Shown here one piece after another: positions 40,200-63,658 of a stretch of 64,000 nt of DNA (positions within the stretch are counted from its first letter, which is position 1; the number at the start of each line of letters is the position of its first letter). The DNA comes from Paraspadella gotoi. Taxonomy: Eukaryota; Animalia; Chaetognatha. The stretch spans positions 12,278,263-12,342,262 of the forward strand of contig CM119264.1 in NCBI GenBank assembly GCA_051294375.1, written 5' to 3'. Below the pieces are notes generated by a model. That model did not search any database. It saw only the letters and a program-made list of their open reading frames with translations, and had not been told where the DNA came from. A program made the position numbers and the translations under genes.

Positions 40200-40495
40200 C
40201 AAAAGAAAAGAAAAGAAAAGAAAAGAAAAGAAAAGAAAGAAGAAGAAAGAAAAGAAAAGAAAAGAAAAGAAAAGAAAAGAAAGAAAAAAAAAGGAAAAAA
40301 AAGAAAGAAGAAAAAAGAAAGAAAAAAAAGAAAAGAAGAAGAAAGAAAAGAAAAAAAGAAAAGAAAAGAAAGAAAAAAAGAAAGAAAAGAAAGAAAAGAA
40401 AGAAAGAAAGAAAAAAAGAAAAAAAAGAAAAAAAGGAAAAAAAGAGAAAAATGAAAAGGAAAAAAGGAAAAGAAAAAAAAGGGAGAGAAAAAGAG
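40200..40495. repeat. Approximately 300-bp (AAAAG)n-like purine tract between HORMAD and MEIOB (polypyrimidine on the transcribed strand)
   Basis: Directly visible; almost exclusively A and G on the + strand. Confidence 0.95.
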
Positions 40496-40580
40496 ATGTC
40501 TATGATCTGAAAGATATGAAACACCAAAGATCAATATAAAACAGTTGAACACTCATTTGCCATTGCAATGGCAAGCAGTT

Positions 40581-43417
40581 TCACGCCATCTTCTTTTTCT
40601 TAACGAGCGGTTCGAAAGGCTCCACCAGCGCGGTCTCGATCGACGACATATCCGAGGCCAGTGGGTCTTCGTTGCCTTCGCTGCCATCGAGTCCGTACGC
40701 GCGTTGGAGCGTTTCTACAGACGACGACACAGAAGGGCGTTGACGAGAAAGAAGTCGAGATCGAAGGTTCATCCTAGTAATAAACGACACTTGTCCGTGA
40801 CTCTGCACGTCGCGTTGATGTGTTAAGTACTTTAATAATTATTTACAGAAACTTTTCAACTTGGAATAGGTTATTGTCCTGCGTTTTACGCCTACAGGCG
40901 ATATAACTTGGCTGTGTTGTCAGAGTTTGAGAATAGTCCGACACCTGAAAGAGTGGTGATTCGACTTTACTTCACCGACGCTGACTTTGGCCGCGTCCCC
41001 AGGAAAACTAAGCCCCGTCGTGGCAGGAGAGAAGCCTTTCGGTTGATAAGAAGCAGGGGTGCGATCGTCGTAGTATGTCAACTGCATTTTGAGAAAGCTT
41101 GGCGTCGGCAGAGGGTCGAGATGCTCTACGATGCTTATTAACGCCTTTAGGAACGAAACCGTCGATTGCTTGAGGTCGCTACTGGTCTGAGTCTCCGCCA
41201 CGACGGATGCGTTATGGGAAACGGACACATTGGCTGAGAAAGAGAGAGTATACCATTGTACAGTGTGTCCCAATGGTACTGAGATAACAATGTCAAAGAT
41301 AAGTTCTTACCATTTATGATACTATATTTCGAATTTAATTTTTATCAATTTTTCATTGCAGAATATTCATTTTAAATGAGTCTTCATTTCTCACTTTTTT
41401 AATTTTTAGATAATTTTTTTATTTCAAAATAAATTGGATTAAAAAAATTATATAAAAATTTTTTTTAGATAGATATAAATAATTTAAATTTTAATTTGTA
41501 TAAAATAAGTGCATTAATAAAAAAAACTCGTATTAAAAAAAAATTTTAAAATGTTAAAAATATGCTAATTAATTTTATATTTAAATTTTATTATTTAAAG
41601 TTGTGCGTGATTGAATCATTATCCAAAACAACAATGGTTGCTATTTATTCAATAAATTATTATTAAATCAATTAAAAAAATAATATGAACATTGAACAAG
41701 GTAAGTAGATAATTTTAAAAATAATGATTACTGCATTATAAATGCTCTTTAGCTACAAATATGAAGTAGTTACTTACTGTCCTACATCTAAAGAAAAGAT
41801 TTAAAATATTTTATAATCAATATTATANNNNNNNNNNAGTGCATTAATAAAAAAAACTCGTATTAAAAAAAAATTTTAAAATGTTAAAAATATGCTAATT
41901 AATTTTATATTTAAATTTTATTATTTAAAGTTGTGCGTGATTGAATCATTATCCAAAACAACAATGGTTGCTATTTATTCAATAAATTATTATTAAATCA
42001 ATTAAAAAAATAATATGAACATTGAACAAGGTAAGTAGATAATTTTAAAAATAATGATTACTGCATTATAAATGCTCTTTAGCTACAAATATGAAGTAGT
42101 TACTTACTGTCCTACATCTAAAGAAAAGATTTAAAATATTTTATAATCAATATTATAAAAAATATTTGATAAATATTAAAAAATATAAAATTTTTTAAAA
42201 AAAATCACTGAAATTTTTTTTGACCAATTGCTTTAAGTAATAACTAAAGGAGTTTGCTTAGTTATATTTTTAAAATTTTGGTATCCTATAAAATGGTCCA
42301 TACGTATGCGCATATTCATTATAATAAATTAAAGTTTTTCTATCTGGTATAGCAGTAAGCTTTTCTTAACACACAGTATCATTGGGACACACTGTAGTTG
42401 GCGATAAAAATTCAAAAAACCCATCAAACGAACCGACATAAATGGATCAGGGTACTTTTCAATTCGGTACACATTCACTCCAATTTACCCGCATACCTTC
42501 GTTCTTGGTATAAGAAATTCTGAAAATATATGCTTCCATAACGCTCTGAGGATCGTTTTCCACTTCGTAAAACCACACTGTCACCGTCTTCAAGTATTTA
42601 TTTTCCAAAGCGTCAAAGCATCCATTTACGAAATCAATCAACCGAGTCGATGCTGCCGTCGAGTCTTTACTCTTTCGGATTATCTTCAGGTGGAGGTCGC
42701 CCATATACCTGGGTAATGCAGTTATAAATTGTGTGGAAACATTGACGGTTGTTCTATTTGCAATCGACGCGACAGGCTTAGTTTGACAATTTGATACTTT
42801 TCGCGGGTATACTAGTATCGGTACTGCGGTTTATTGCGACATTACCTATCAGCAAAGTCGGACTCAGGAAAAACTGCTCTGAGATACGCGATATTTGAGA
42901 GGGCGACGGCGAGAAATTTTTTCACGAAGGAGGTAGAATATGTTTGCTTGCTCACAATGAACGACGAGTTAAGGAACACTTGCGCAAAGGCGCTTAAAAC
43001 GAACAGTAAATATCCCGTTTTCTTTCACGTTTCAATATACTACAAATGCGATCAACCCAAAAAAGCAATATTATTACACCACGGCAACCTGTCCGGGGAC
43101 TGTTTAGATTTTATCACCATCACACTGTTCTTAAACACCGCAGCATACTGTAATGCTCGGCCCCTGACAGGACGATAATATCAGATTCGTCATGCCTAAT
43201 CAAAATGATTTAATTATGAATGATACTTGTAGGGTCTCAACTAAACGGTTTGAATATATTGTTTTCCCATTGCACTATTATGCTTTATGTAGCTTATGTA
43301 TGTACTATGTAACATCTTTTCTGTTCTAAAAGAAAAATGTTGAAAACGGAATATTTACGCTTCATCTGGCACCACCAAATTGGTAGACTTTTGAGACAAT
43401 GACGTGGACGACATCAT
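40581..43417 (-). CDS. HORMAD1: Meiotic HORMA-domain axis protein (HORMAD1/2, Hop1 family)
   Basis: FVKKFLAVALSNIAYLRAVFPESDFADR, GCFDALENKYLK, MEAYIFRISY, LDPLP...LKMQLTYYDDRTPASYQPKGF and VGEVKSNHHSF. The first coding exon MMSSTSLSQK joins in phase 2. Confidence 0.92.
41261..42394. mobile_element. Non-autonomous Tc1/mariner-like DNA element in a HORMAD intron (length inflated by the gap duplication)
   Basis: TIRs CAGTGTGTCCCAATGGTACTG and CAGTATCATTGGGACACACTG, each flanked by TA; AT-rich non-coding interior. Confidence 0.8.
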
Positions 43418-43849
43418 GGATTTTATTCGTTGAACTACAGCTAAATTTTGAAGTGCAAATAAATAGGTCAATTTAGAGTGTTAACACAAAGGCAAATGAA
43501 TTTAAAACTTCCAGACATGATCTGCAAATACAAAACAGAATAGCTGCAGAAAAACGAAGTAAGATAAAAACGAACCATATCTACGTTACTGAATTTAACT
43601 AACTTTATTAAAGTAAGTAACTTTGAAGCGAATGTGTATGGCAGAAATAATAAAAACAATTTAAAATTTAATATTATCAAATATTGTTACAATTTTTTTA
43701 AAAACATAAAAAGAACAGAAAAGTAACAGATTAAAGCAAAGTAAATTCAATCTATTAAAATTAATTTGTTGATACTTTTGTAAAGCATACTTTTTGTAGG
43801 CTACTTGGATTGAAAAGTAAAAACTTATCAGCTACACGACTGACCCTAT

Positions 43850-53965
<10,116 letters not shown>

Positions 53966-56900
53966 TTGACAAATTTGTCTGAATGATTAGTTTGTTTTTT
54001 TATTTTTTTTTAAGAAAACTTTTTTATGAGTTCACATTACACAGGAACACCGATTTTTTTTCAGAATTTAAGAATCCACCATCCTGTCGCTTATTGCTCT
54101 GCTCGTTTCTACCTAAAATAAATAGATAAACTTTTCAAATTTAAAATTTTATATGAAAATTTGCAAATTACTTGTTTCACTATTTTTTAAAACTATACAC
54201 TGTATAGTATATATATAGTAAAGTATACAGGATGTAAACTTGAGTAGAGTAAAATATAATATATTTGTAATAATATTATAATTATTATAAAAATATTTTT
54301 TTAAACTTAATAAAGATTTAGATTCTTCATAAAAAGGTAAATCAAAAATATAAAACATGTTATCAAAAATTCTGTCATGTTCAACATTTAAAATATTTGT
54401 AATAAAAACTTATATATGCTGAAATGTTTTAATCATTTTTTGCGGTTTACACATTAAAATATATAACATTTTATAAGTTTTAGTTTTATGAGAAATCCAA
54501 ATTGTTTTTAAAAATACCAAAAAAATTTTTGGAAGACATTTTAATATTTTAGTACAACGATTTTTATTAGTAACAGAAACGTACACGTTTCGGCTTAAAA
54601 AGATTAAAAGTTAAATAAAGGTTAATAATATTAAAAATTTTAATGTTAAATATGTTTAAATATAAAAAAATTTAAAAAATCATTATCGTTATCATTTTAT
54701 AAATTAATAGTTTTTAAATTATTAAAATAACCTACATTTAACATTTTAAGCTTTATCAGAATCAAATAAAAAAATAAAATTTATTAAAAAAAATTTAATA
54801 TTATATAATAATTTGATAATATAAAATAACATCTATGCGTTTAACTATAAGATAACTCTTAATTTTTTTTTATTTTCATGATTTTTAATGAACATTGAAC
54901 AATAATATTTATACCGGACTTCTATTATTTTATAACCTGTTCCGCCTTAATCGCTCAATCTTTTCATCACTCCATCCTAATGTTAACGGTACACAGTTCA
55001 AACTTCAAGGCGCGGTGAAAATTAAATTTATTGAGAATTGAGTTTTTTTGGTTTTTTTAAAGAAATAACAGACAGGCAACTCAAAATGACATAACCGACA
55101 AAGATTGCGATCCATGAAAAATTTCAATTTTCCATATAGAATAGTACGAGTCATTACGATTAAATACCACACGTTAATTTGTTGTTTGTTAAAGCTTTTG
55201 ATAATGTTCCGAACAGCCGTGAAAAAACAACAGCAGTGGCGGATATTGAGGCAGGATGTAGCCACAGCGTTGAGTCATCAGTTTGGGAATTGGAGAAGGA
55301 CGGACGCAATGGAAAAAAAAAATGAGCAGAGGATGGAAAATCGCTGAGGGGAAAGGGGGGAGGCGACGACTCGTTTCAAGACGACATTGCCGATTGCGAT
55401 TTGAATTGTGATTGACCAGGAGCGGTCTTATTGCAAGAGATTCAGGTCCCTACGATTAAAAAACAAGGAAATATCATCAAACCATAAAAGCCTTCATAGC
55501 GAATATCATATATAATTTATCAAATCATTAGAGTTTAAATTTTGTCTGTATAACCGTTGTTGTAGATCTATAAAACCATGATCAAATTTAATAAAATTCT
55601 ATGAAAATTAAATACGTATGTTAGTCGAAATAGATAAGAGTTCAATAGGTGAATAGGACAACGTCACGGGGTGTGCTGCTCCTTTGTTTGAACCTTCATG
55701 ATGCAACAAATCTTGCGATTGCAACCAATAAATTTTCCTTCCATGTTTTCGAAATATCTTGATTTGAATATGATAATTGGGTTCTGTTTAAGTAACGTAC
55801 CTAAATAATTTTTTTCCCCTTAATAATTGTCTTAACCGTATTAAACTTGGATTATTAGGTGGCTATCGCGAGCGAAATTCTGAAGCTAGCTTTCTTTTCT
55901 CTTAATAGACTTGTTCAATCATTTCAACTAATTGCCATACTTAAGCCTGAAGTTAAGGAGAAAAAATCGACGAGTGAGTTAAAAAGTTTTATGCATAATC
56001 GAGGGAAAAGTCAAGGAGAAAAAAATCGATTTATAATTATTATTATAGTTTAGCATTAACACCGAAGGGATTTCCCTTCTAGTTTTATAGAAATATAAAT
56101 ATTACTCGTGCAGTAATATTTAATGAACTCGGATTAAGCAAAAGCCAAAAAAAAACTTCATAAAAAAAAAACGTGTAATAATTATATGTTATTTTACTCG
56201 TGTGTTATTACTCGGCATCTAGGGGTGTAATCTCTTTTTCTCAACAGACAAACAACTGCGCTGAAGATTGTAATTAAGTATAAGTGACTTGCTCTCTTGC
56301 ATCCAGAGCATTGGGGGTTAAATTAGGGGAACATAAATTTTTAGAAAGGTGGATTCTCAGTGAAAATTCCTTTTAAAATGTTTTTTTTACTATTAAGGGA
56401 GGTGTAAAATAAATGAAGCAAAAAGGAGAAGCAAAACTACGGAATGACTATTAAATAAATTGAAAAAAAATTTTTTACCGATTTGATTATAGTAAAATTT
56501 TTAATGTTTCATAAATTTAAAAAGAGTCAATGGTAAATATAATTTAGAATTCGTTCCCAAACCTTCAAAATTTCAAAATGTCAATCTGAAAATCATTGTA
56601 ACAAGCTGATGCATGATGGCGATTTCTTTTTTTTCTGAAACTCATACATAATCATTAGTATGTCGATTGCGTAGTTTGCGCGTCTGTAAGTTTAATGACG
56701 ATTATTTAAATTTAAATCAAAAAGGGGCGGGGAATTAATGAGCTCACATTCGCTTTGGCTTTTTATCCTCTCGGTTATGAAAAAATTTCAACATAAGAAC
56801 AAAAATAACTTGGCGAGCTGCGGATGGACCCAGTTTTGGTTCAGTTTCCCTAAAAATTATTAAGAATATTGAAAACGTCTTCATTCTTTCGTGGTAGGGT

Positions 56901-57139
56901 GAAAAGAAAAACGAAAACTGGATCTTTGTCCTTTTATCGCCAAATCAAATAAAAGAACGCATTCGACCGCCCAACTTTTTTCAAAAAGGGGGGGGGGAAA
57001 CGAGGGAGTTTTGACTTTGGAGGGGGGGACAGAAAATTGCGGCGGCGATCGCCATTGTAAAGTCATCGACAACGACACGAGACTCGTAAACGAGGAAAGG
57101 GAGACATCTTCGACGTAACCCAATTAAATTATCGACGAT

Positions 57140-59440
57140 TCAAATAACGACTCGAGAGATGGTGACGTTGATACCGAGATTTCCGTTGTCGGCGAAAAGT
57201 TGCGCGATTCCCGTGTCGAAGACGAGGCAGTCGCTCTGTGATGGAAAGGGTGAGGTACCAAAAAAAATGAGAATACGGATTCGGAACGAATGGGAGTGGC
57301 GGAGTGGAGTGGCGCCGGTGGCGGACAAAATTAACAGTAACTCGCTAAAACTCGCCTGCATAATTGCTGACTGGACTCCCTCGTGAATCGAACGTGGCGT
57401 CGCTTCCCACGACAGCCGACGATGATGCCCGTTCAGTTCCAGCCTGTGACAAAATAAATAAAATGAAAAGAAATAAAATATTTTTTTTTTAATCTCACTT
57501 CACCTGTAGGCGAAGTTTTCGGCCTGCTTTCTCGTTCCTATCAGTTGCACAATGGCAAAGAACTGCTGATGGCCGTCGATCTTTTCCTGCTTCTCGAGGA
57601 CGAGCATAAAGTGGTGGCCAAAACACGACTGCATCATGACCCAGTCCACGGCGCCGGGAAGGTTGATATCCGTCGCCAGGAAAACTATGTCCTCGCCTTA
57701 ACAGGGTAAATTATGGAGGGGTATGGAATTAGGCGATAAAGGGAAAAGAATCAAGAGTAGTTAAGCATTATGGGTAAATTTTACTTTCGCCGACCGCGGT
57801 TTTGGCGGGTTTTGAAAAATTACTTAAAAATATTTATTTTTAAAAATAAATTTAAACAAAATATTACTTAATTACCCTAACCCTAAACCCTTTCAACCCC
57901 AACCACCCCTAACCCTAAACCACCCCTAAACTACCCTTAACCCTAACCCCCTTCCTAACCCCGGTCGGCGAAAGTAAAAGTAACCCAGCATTACTCTCGG
58001 GCTAGTATACTAAATTTTCCAGCTTTTAACAATGATGATCCTCTTACATGACTGGCAAAAAAGGGCTCCAAAATTTTTCAAACAGGACGCCGCAAAAATT
58101 ACAAAAAAAAGTACGCTTTCAAGATTACGACGAACTTACCCTGCAGAGTTGTAATGCTCTTGTGCGCCGTCATGAGGTGAACCATGACCTGTTCTAAACT
58201 CCCCTGCCACTTGCAAGAGGCACCGGGGCAGGGGCACGAGTACGGACGATATTCGCAGGCTTCTTCATGTTCTTGTTTGTCGTGATGAAGAAGTGTGACC
58301 TAAATAAATCAAAGTTTAAACTAACGAAGGTGTTTTGTTCCAATTTCATTCTTCCCAATATTAAATAAAAGAATATCAAATTTTTACCCTCATGCACTCA
58401 CCGAGCAACCGCTGGAGGCGTATTTGCAGGGAAACATGACAGTGGAGGCCACCTTCTCCATAGCGAGATTGCGAATGTTGCCGAGCGGACCGCGACACGT
58501 CGGACAGCACTGGAGTTTGGGTCGACACTGGGAACACACGATGTGGCCCGACTGACATTGCAGGATTGGCGGCAACGCGTAGTCGAAGCAGACCGGACAT
58601 TCAAAGAGTGATGCTAAGTCTGTAAAATCGCGATTGGGTAGGGTTGAAAAATGAGTTGTAATAAGGAAAACCTTTAGTGTGTAAGACTTTTCGAGACAAA
58701 GAGTCCAGGACAAATTATAGTTAAATTAAACCTGATATTGCATGGCCACTTTTACGTAAATATCGTTTTATTATTTATTTTTTTATTTATTTTTTATTTC
58801 CAATTTACTACGAATTTTTTTTTTTATTAAACGAGTAGTACCTCCACTTTTTCCATAAAGCTATAAATTTGTTTAAGCAATGACCACTTAGTATGGCAAG
58901 ATTTGTGAACCTATAAGGACACGTTTTTTGGCCAAGGCATGTCAGCCAGCTTCCAAATTCTGGAATGAATCTTAGGCCATTGAAACTGAAAATGCGATTT
59001 TTTTCCTTGGTCGGTTAAAGAACCTATACTGTGTATACACTGATGCTGGAAAACGACGAATTTTTGAATGTAATTAGGATTCAATTTCAAAATTAATGAT
59101 ATGAACTTTACCAGTAGTGGTGGATCCTCCATGACCAGCAGCCCCTCCTGCCGTCGCCCCCGCTGTCCCGCCAGTTAAAACCGCTGCGGCGGCCGAGGCT
59201 TCGGCGCCGGTGGCGGGTGCGTGTACCCGTGTCACCGACGCCGAAGGCTTGCCTAAATAAAAAAAAATATGGATAGTTCTCAATCAATTTACAAGGAAAA
59301 ATACGTCATTGCAGATCACGATTTATATATGTCGCTCACTAAAGTATTGCACTCCTTTTACATCACTACTAAAATCGTATATAAACTGTGTTATTCATTT
59401 GGTGACAGTTTTTACCTGTAGCATTCGTTCTTCCGGACAT
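57140..59440 (-). CDS. SIAH1: Seven-in-absentia RING E3 ubiquitin ligase (an in-frame upstream ATG also exists at 59506)
   Basis: [91 protein letters not shown] and [27 protein letters not shown]. Confidence 0.97.
57772..57986. mobile_element. MITE with GGG...CCC TIRs and an 8-bp TSD, in a SIAH intron
   Basis: TIRs GGGTAAATTTTACTTTCGCCGACCG and CGGTCGGCGAAAGTAAAAGTAACCC; TSD AGCATTAT/AGCATTAC; internal TAACCC-like repeats. Confidence 0.8.
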
Positions 59441-60016
59441 CAGGCTGAAGGAGGAAGGGAACGAGTGGGAGTTCGGAGTAACGCCCGCTTTCAATCGGTT
59501 GAGCATTGATATTTCCTGATATAATTTAAAACCAATAATTTTAAAAAATTAAAAAGAATTATTAAATTTTGTTCATTCCTCTAGAAAACATTTCTACCGC
59601 GAAACCAAGTTATGACTAAATCTTAATAGTTACCAGAAAAATGTTAAAAAAAAAAAATCAACAAGGTATTTTTTGCTGTTTCAATCCAAATAAATATCGC
59701 GTGCTTAAATCATTTTGGATCAGGGAACCAGCGAGAAGGGTTTGCTTACGCTTTCTCAACGAAATCGAAACAGAGAAAAAGGGCACGAACGTACACCAAG
59801 GGGCACGCAAATAAGAACTGAAAACACGTAATAATGCCAAAATGTTTCGAACTGATTTCGAACTGAGTACTACTGAGGGAGCTGCGATGTAAACACTAAA
59901 CTTAATACATGATACAGTTAATTATACATATTACACGTCGAGGGTTCTTTACTGGAGGTCCAGCTCTTTTGGGACTAACTTCAAGTGCTTACTGCACAAA
60001 AACGGTTAACGATAGA

Positions 60017-60673
60017 AGTATGGTGGACTAAAATCCACCAACCGTTCAATCAGCGCCATTGGTGCCGGAGGCAAGTCATTCGCCTCCCAACCCAAAGGTC
60101 CGGGTTTCTAGCCCGGTGGTCGTCTGGCAGTTAGAGAGGACGGGGCGCTTAACCCGCCTGTAACATGGTGTTACAGCCTGATCCGAAGCTCAGGGACTGC
60201 TTATATTGAACGGTTCTGTCACTAACACATATAAATAATTACTGTTCTTCATTGGTGAGCCCGACTTCCAAACACATCAGCAACAACAACACTTTCAGGC
60301 GACATGCCTCAACCTGGCGATGCACTTTCCGCCACAAACACATCAGGCGACATGCCTCAACTTGGTGACGAACTTTCCACCAACAACAACAATTCACTGA
60401 AGAGACGCAACAGACATCTTCCTACGGAGGGGGGGATGTATGGTGGACTAAAATCCACCAACCGTTCATCAGCGGCCATTGGTGCCGGAGGCAAGTCATT
60501 CGCCTCCCAACCCAAAGGTCCGGGGTTCTAGCCCGGTGGTCGTCTGGCAGTTAAGAGGGACGGGGCGCTTAACCCGCCTGTAACATGGTGTTACAGCCTG
60601 ATCCGAAGCTCAGGGACTGCTTATATTGAACGGTTCTGTCACTAACACATATAAACTAATTACTGTCTCTTCA
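60017..60673 (+). mobile_element. Non-autonomous miniature LTR retrotransposon (TRIM): LTRs 60017-60251 and 60437-60673 around a non-coding interior of about 185 bp
   Basis: Near-identical direct repeats of about 235 bp, both ending CA; the 3' LTR starts TG. A PBS-like TGGTGAGCCCGAC follows the 5' LTR and a polypurine tract GGAGGGGGGGA precedes the 3' LTR. Flanks ATAGA/AAAGA are a possible 5-bp TSD with one mismatch. Confidence 0.85.
60472..60543 (+). ncRNA. tRNA-derived (Gly-CCC-like) degenerate sequence inside the LTR; second copy at about 60052-60123; not a functional tRNA gene
   Basis: 72 nt; acceptor stem GCGGCCA/TGGTCGT, T-stem CCGGG/CCCGG with B-box-like GGTTCTAGCCC, A-box-like TGGTGCCGGAGG and loop CTCCCAA. 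The D and anticodon stems are poorly paired. Confidence 0.55.
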
Positions 60674-62031
60674 AAAGAAAGAAGGGATTATATTTAGAAG
60701 TTGGGCTAAATTCTCTTTCAATCGATATCAAAATTGTCTGAAAAATGTCGCGGCAACACTTATAATTAAGCTTTTTACATAGCACGTCTTATTTTTTTGG
60801 AGCCGTTTCCTTACAAAATATACGCATCCCTTCAAAAACTGAATACTTTCTGACAGCGGCATTAGTGGTAGGAATGGCAGCTTTCCCATCGGACGCGGTC
60901 ACAAAAGCATATGCCGCCTTCTCTAAACACTTGGAAAAGGTCATGGTTGCTTAAGACTAATTTTTTAAATAGATTGTGTTATCATTACAACTCTTTACAT
61001 GTTTACTTATTTTTAAATCATAATTTATTTACCCATCCAAACGAATTTTTTTCATTTAGTCCCAAAAGATCTGGACCTCACTGTATATCCTAATAGACAA
61101 AATTGGCACATCCAATGAAAAAAATATTTATCTAATAAGATAATAACATAGCGACATAGAAAGCTGTCAATCAAGATTCTTATACTATATATACCAGATT
61201 CCTATCTTTTATCAAAAAAAACGTAAATGATCAAAATCCCAAATGCAGATTAACCTACCTCATGCTTTAAGAAAACGATTTGAAATGGCGGTTAGATAAA
61301 TGGTGGGTTTCCATATAATCAAGTTCTCCAAAAGTACGGTTATCCCCAAAATGGAATAAGGCTTTATTCCATCACGCAATAAGTTATTAAAGTGACTTTC
61401 TTAAGTTTTTCGTAAGAACAACTTTCAATTTTTTTCAGAAAGCTGTAAACATGGCACATGGAAAACTCTGAAAATAAGTTGATCTTTCAAGTTGAAAAAA
61501 GTAGCGCGCAGGATCTTGCTATAATTTATTTTGAATAAAATAAAAACAAAATGAACCATATTAAAATCGAGGCATTAGCAAATTGGACGGATATATGCAC
61601 GCACAAAGCGAAAGAAAATTGAGGAGCATGTAGTAAAACTGAATTGCAGTTTTGATCATTGTAAATTTCAGGGGCGTCTTCAGAAGTGTTCATTGTCTCG
61701 TCTTTGATTTTAACATAAAAACGATGAATAATACGTTTAATTTTGATGTCGCTGTTTTTTCTACGGTTACGCCTTGAGGAACCAGTGATTTCAGGAATCG
61801 GGGTCGATTCAAAATTTTTTATGCTTTACTCTTATCGATGGCGTCAGTGTGCATTGATAGAGAGACGACACTAACGTCACATCTGCGTGACGAGCGAGAG
61901 TTTGGTATGAGGCCTGTCAAGGTTTCGCATATGCGTCTTGCGCCCCCCCCAAAAAATGTGACTGCGGATTCGATGGAGACGTCTTCTTTATTCAAGATTC
62001 CAGCCTGATCTTTCTAAATTTGTCTAACAAA

Positions 62032-62472
62032 ATGGAGTTAACACCTCGCTGTCCGTTTTCTCCTGAAACTCCTCCGAAAATCCTCGAGGAATCTATTTCT
62101 TCTCTTCTTTACCGAAAGGCAAAAAGAGACGGTCAGCGTTTTTCTTTTACTCTAAATCTATTAACAACGACCTTCCCATGGCTCCTCACACAAGAGGGAC
62201 ATCACTTAATTGTTATGAGAGTTCGAGAAGACGTGTCAGCATCTAAATTGTCTCGAGTCTCGTTGGTGAAGTACAAACGGCTTTCGCGCTCGGAGACTCC
62301 CATATCGAATAGGTCAGGACGGGCAGGAGATAAAAATCGTAGCATAAAGTCCTTGGTGTAGCACCCAGCTCGCAGAACCTACGAAGGAACCCCGCCGGTT
62401 CGTGCTCCTACTGATACGCTTCCGATAATCTTAGAGGAACCTTCTCCACCCCGGCGAGACGCTTCGGTATAA
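62032..62472 (+). CDS. Possible three-exon small orphan gene, about 105 aa and Pro/Ser/Arg-rich
   Basis: Exons 62032-62131, 62195-62312 and 62376-62472 join in phase with GT-AG sites and end at TAA. No homology was recognised. Confidence 0.35.
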
Positions 62473-63658
62473 CTCGGATTTTTCTGGACCCTTCATGATC
62501 AAAAATATACGTGTGCTGTAAAAAAGAAAAATAAACGAGATATAATCTCAATGGTAACTGATTTTATTAAAATTATTTTTCATCAATGCCAAAAGGAAAT
62601 TGTAAGAGGAGTGACAACCTGTCTGATTGATGTATCGTCCGTGACTGTAACATCTTTCCATTAGACTCACGTTAGACGTCAGCATAACAAAGACCAGGAT
62701 CGGATTCCCATGCAGAGTTTCGCCATTTTGAGATTACGACTTTTGTTTTTCTCAAAATCAGAACTGACATTTTTAAAAAAGAAAAGTCAACCATAGAACG
62801 AACGTAATGAACGAATGATCTTAAATAATTTTTTTTATATTTGTAACATTTTCTTTATAAAATTTTTTTAAGAGGGTCATCAAATTCTTATTTTGGAGAT
62901 TACTTCTAATTCTAAAGAGGGCTCTTCGATGAATAGCCCTCAATTACCCTAGAGAAAATCGGCAAGTGGGGATGAGCCACTTTTTTATTACCCAAAAAGA
63001 CAAGTGAAAACTATGCTTAAATTAAATTAAAAAAGATATTATTCTTAAATGCTAATTAACTAGATAATATTAACAAAAGAATAGTAAATTACGTGATTTT
63101 ATGATCCATGATCTTTTGTCTAAATTGTGTGAAGGCTTTAAAAGGTTTTCGAAAGATGGAGTAATATAAATCAATAAAAAATAATGAAAGAAATCTTTGG
63201 TCCGCTGCCACGGTTGGTTTATTACGAGGTAGTACGGTAATTTATTGCCTATTTCATTTCATTTTCGTTACTGCCACTTTATTTTTATTAATAGTAATAG
63301 TACATGATTTTTGTCATGCTCTTTTACTGATATTAAAGGCTGAAATACTATGCGAAACGTGTTGTAAACGTAGGATTAAAAAAGGTTGCTGTTCAGACCT
63401 CAGTGTTCTATCATCTTCTCATTGATAAAACTGTGAAAAGTATATTTAACCAACCTTAGTCCTCTTTAATTTTAAAACGATTTACGTTTTCACGATTTTT
63501 CTGTATATCACGTGTTCTTTTTTTAGAACAGAAATACTTTTTTTTAAAAAATTTAAAGCAGTTGAAGCGAATTAGAAGAAAACGACAAAGGATAAAACCG
63601 GAAAAAAGATCTTTTTTTCTCTTGTCGCTCACGCCTGTAGCTAGCACCCTCAGCCAAG

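Noticed and set aside
40087-40552. Lys/Arg-rich and Phe-rich ORFs (protamine-like appearance)
   Set aside because: These are translations of the low-complexity purine tract and have no coding signal.
39901-40583. HORMAD-MEIOB protein fusion
   Set aside because: The only evident donor at the HORMAD end is phase 2, while the MEIOB upstream acceptor needs phase 0. That join reads out of the MEIOB frame and stops at about 39901.
41508-42157. Approximately 320-bp perfect tandem duplication
   Set aside because: The copies directly flank the N gap at 41828-41837, so this is an assembly artefact.
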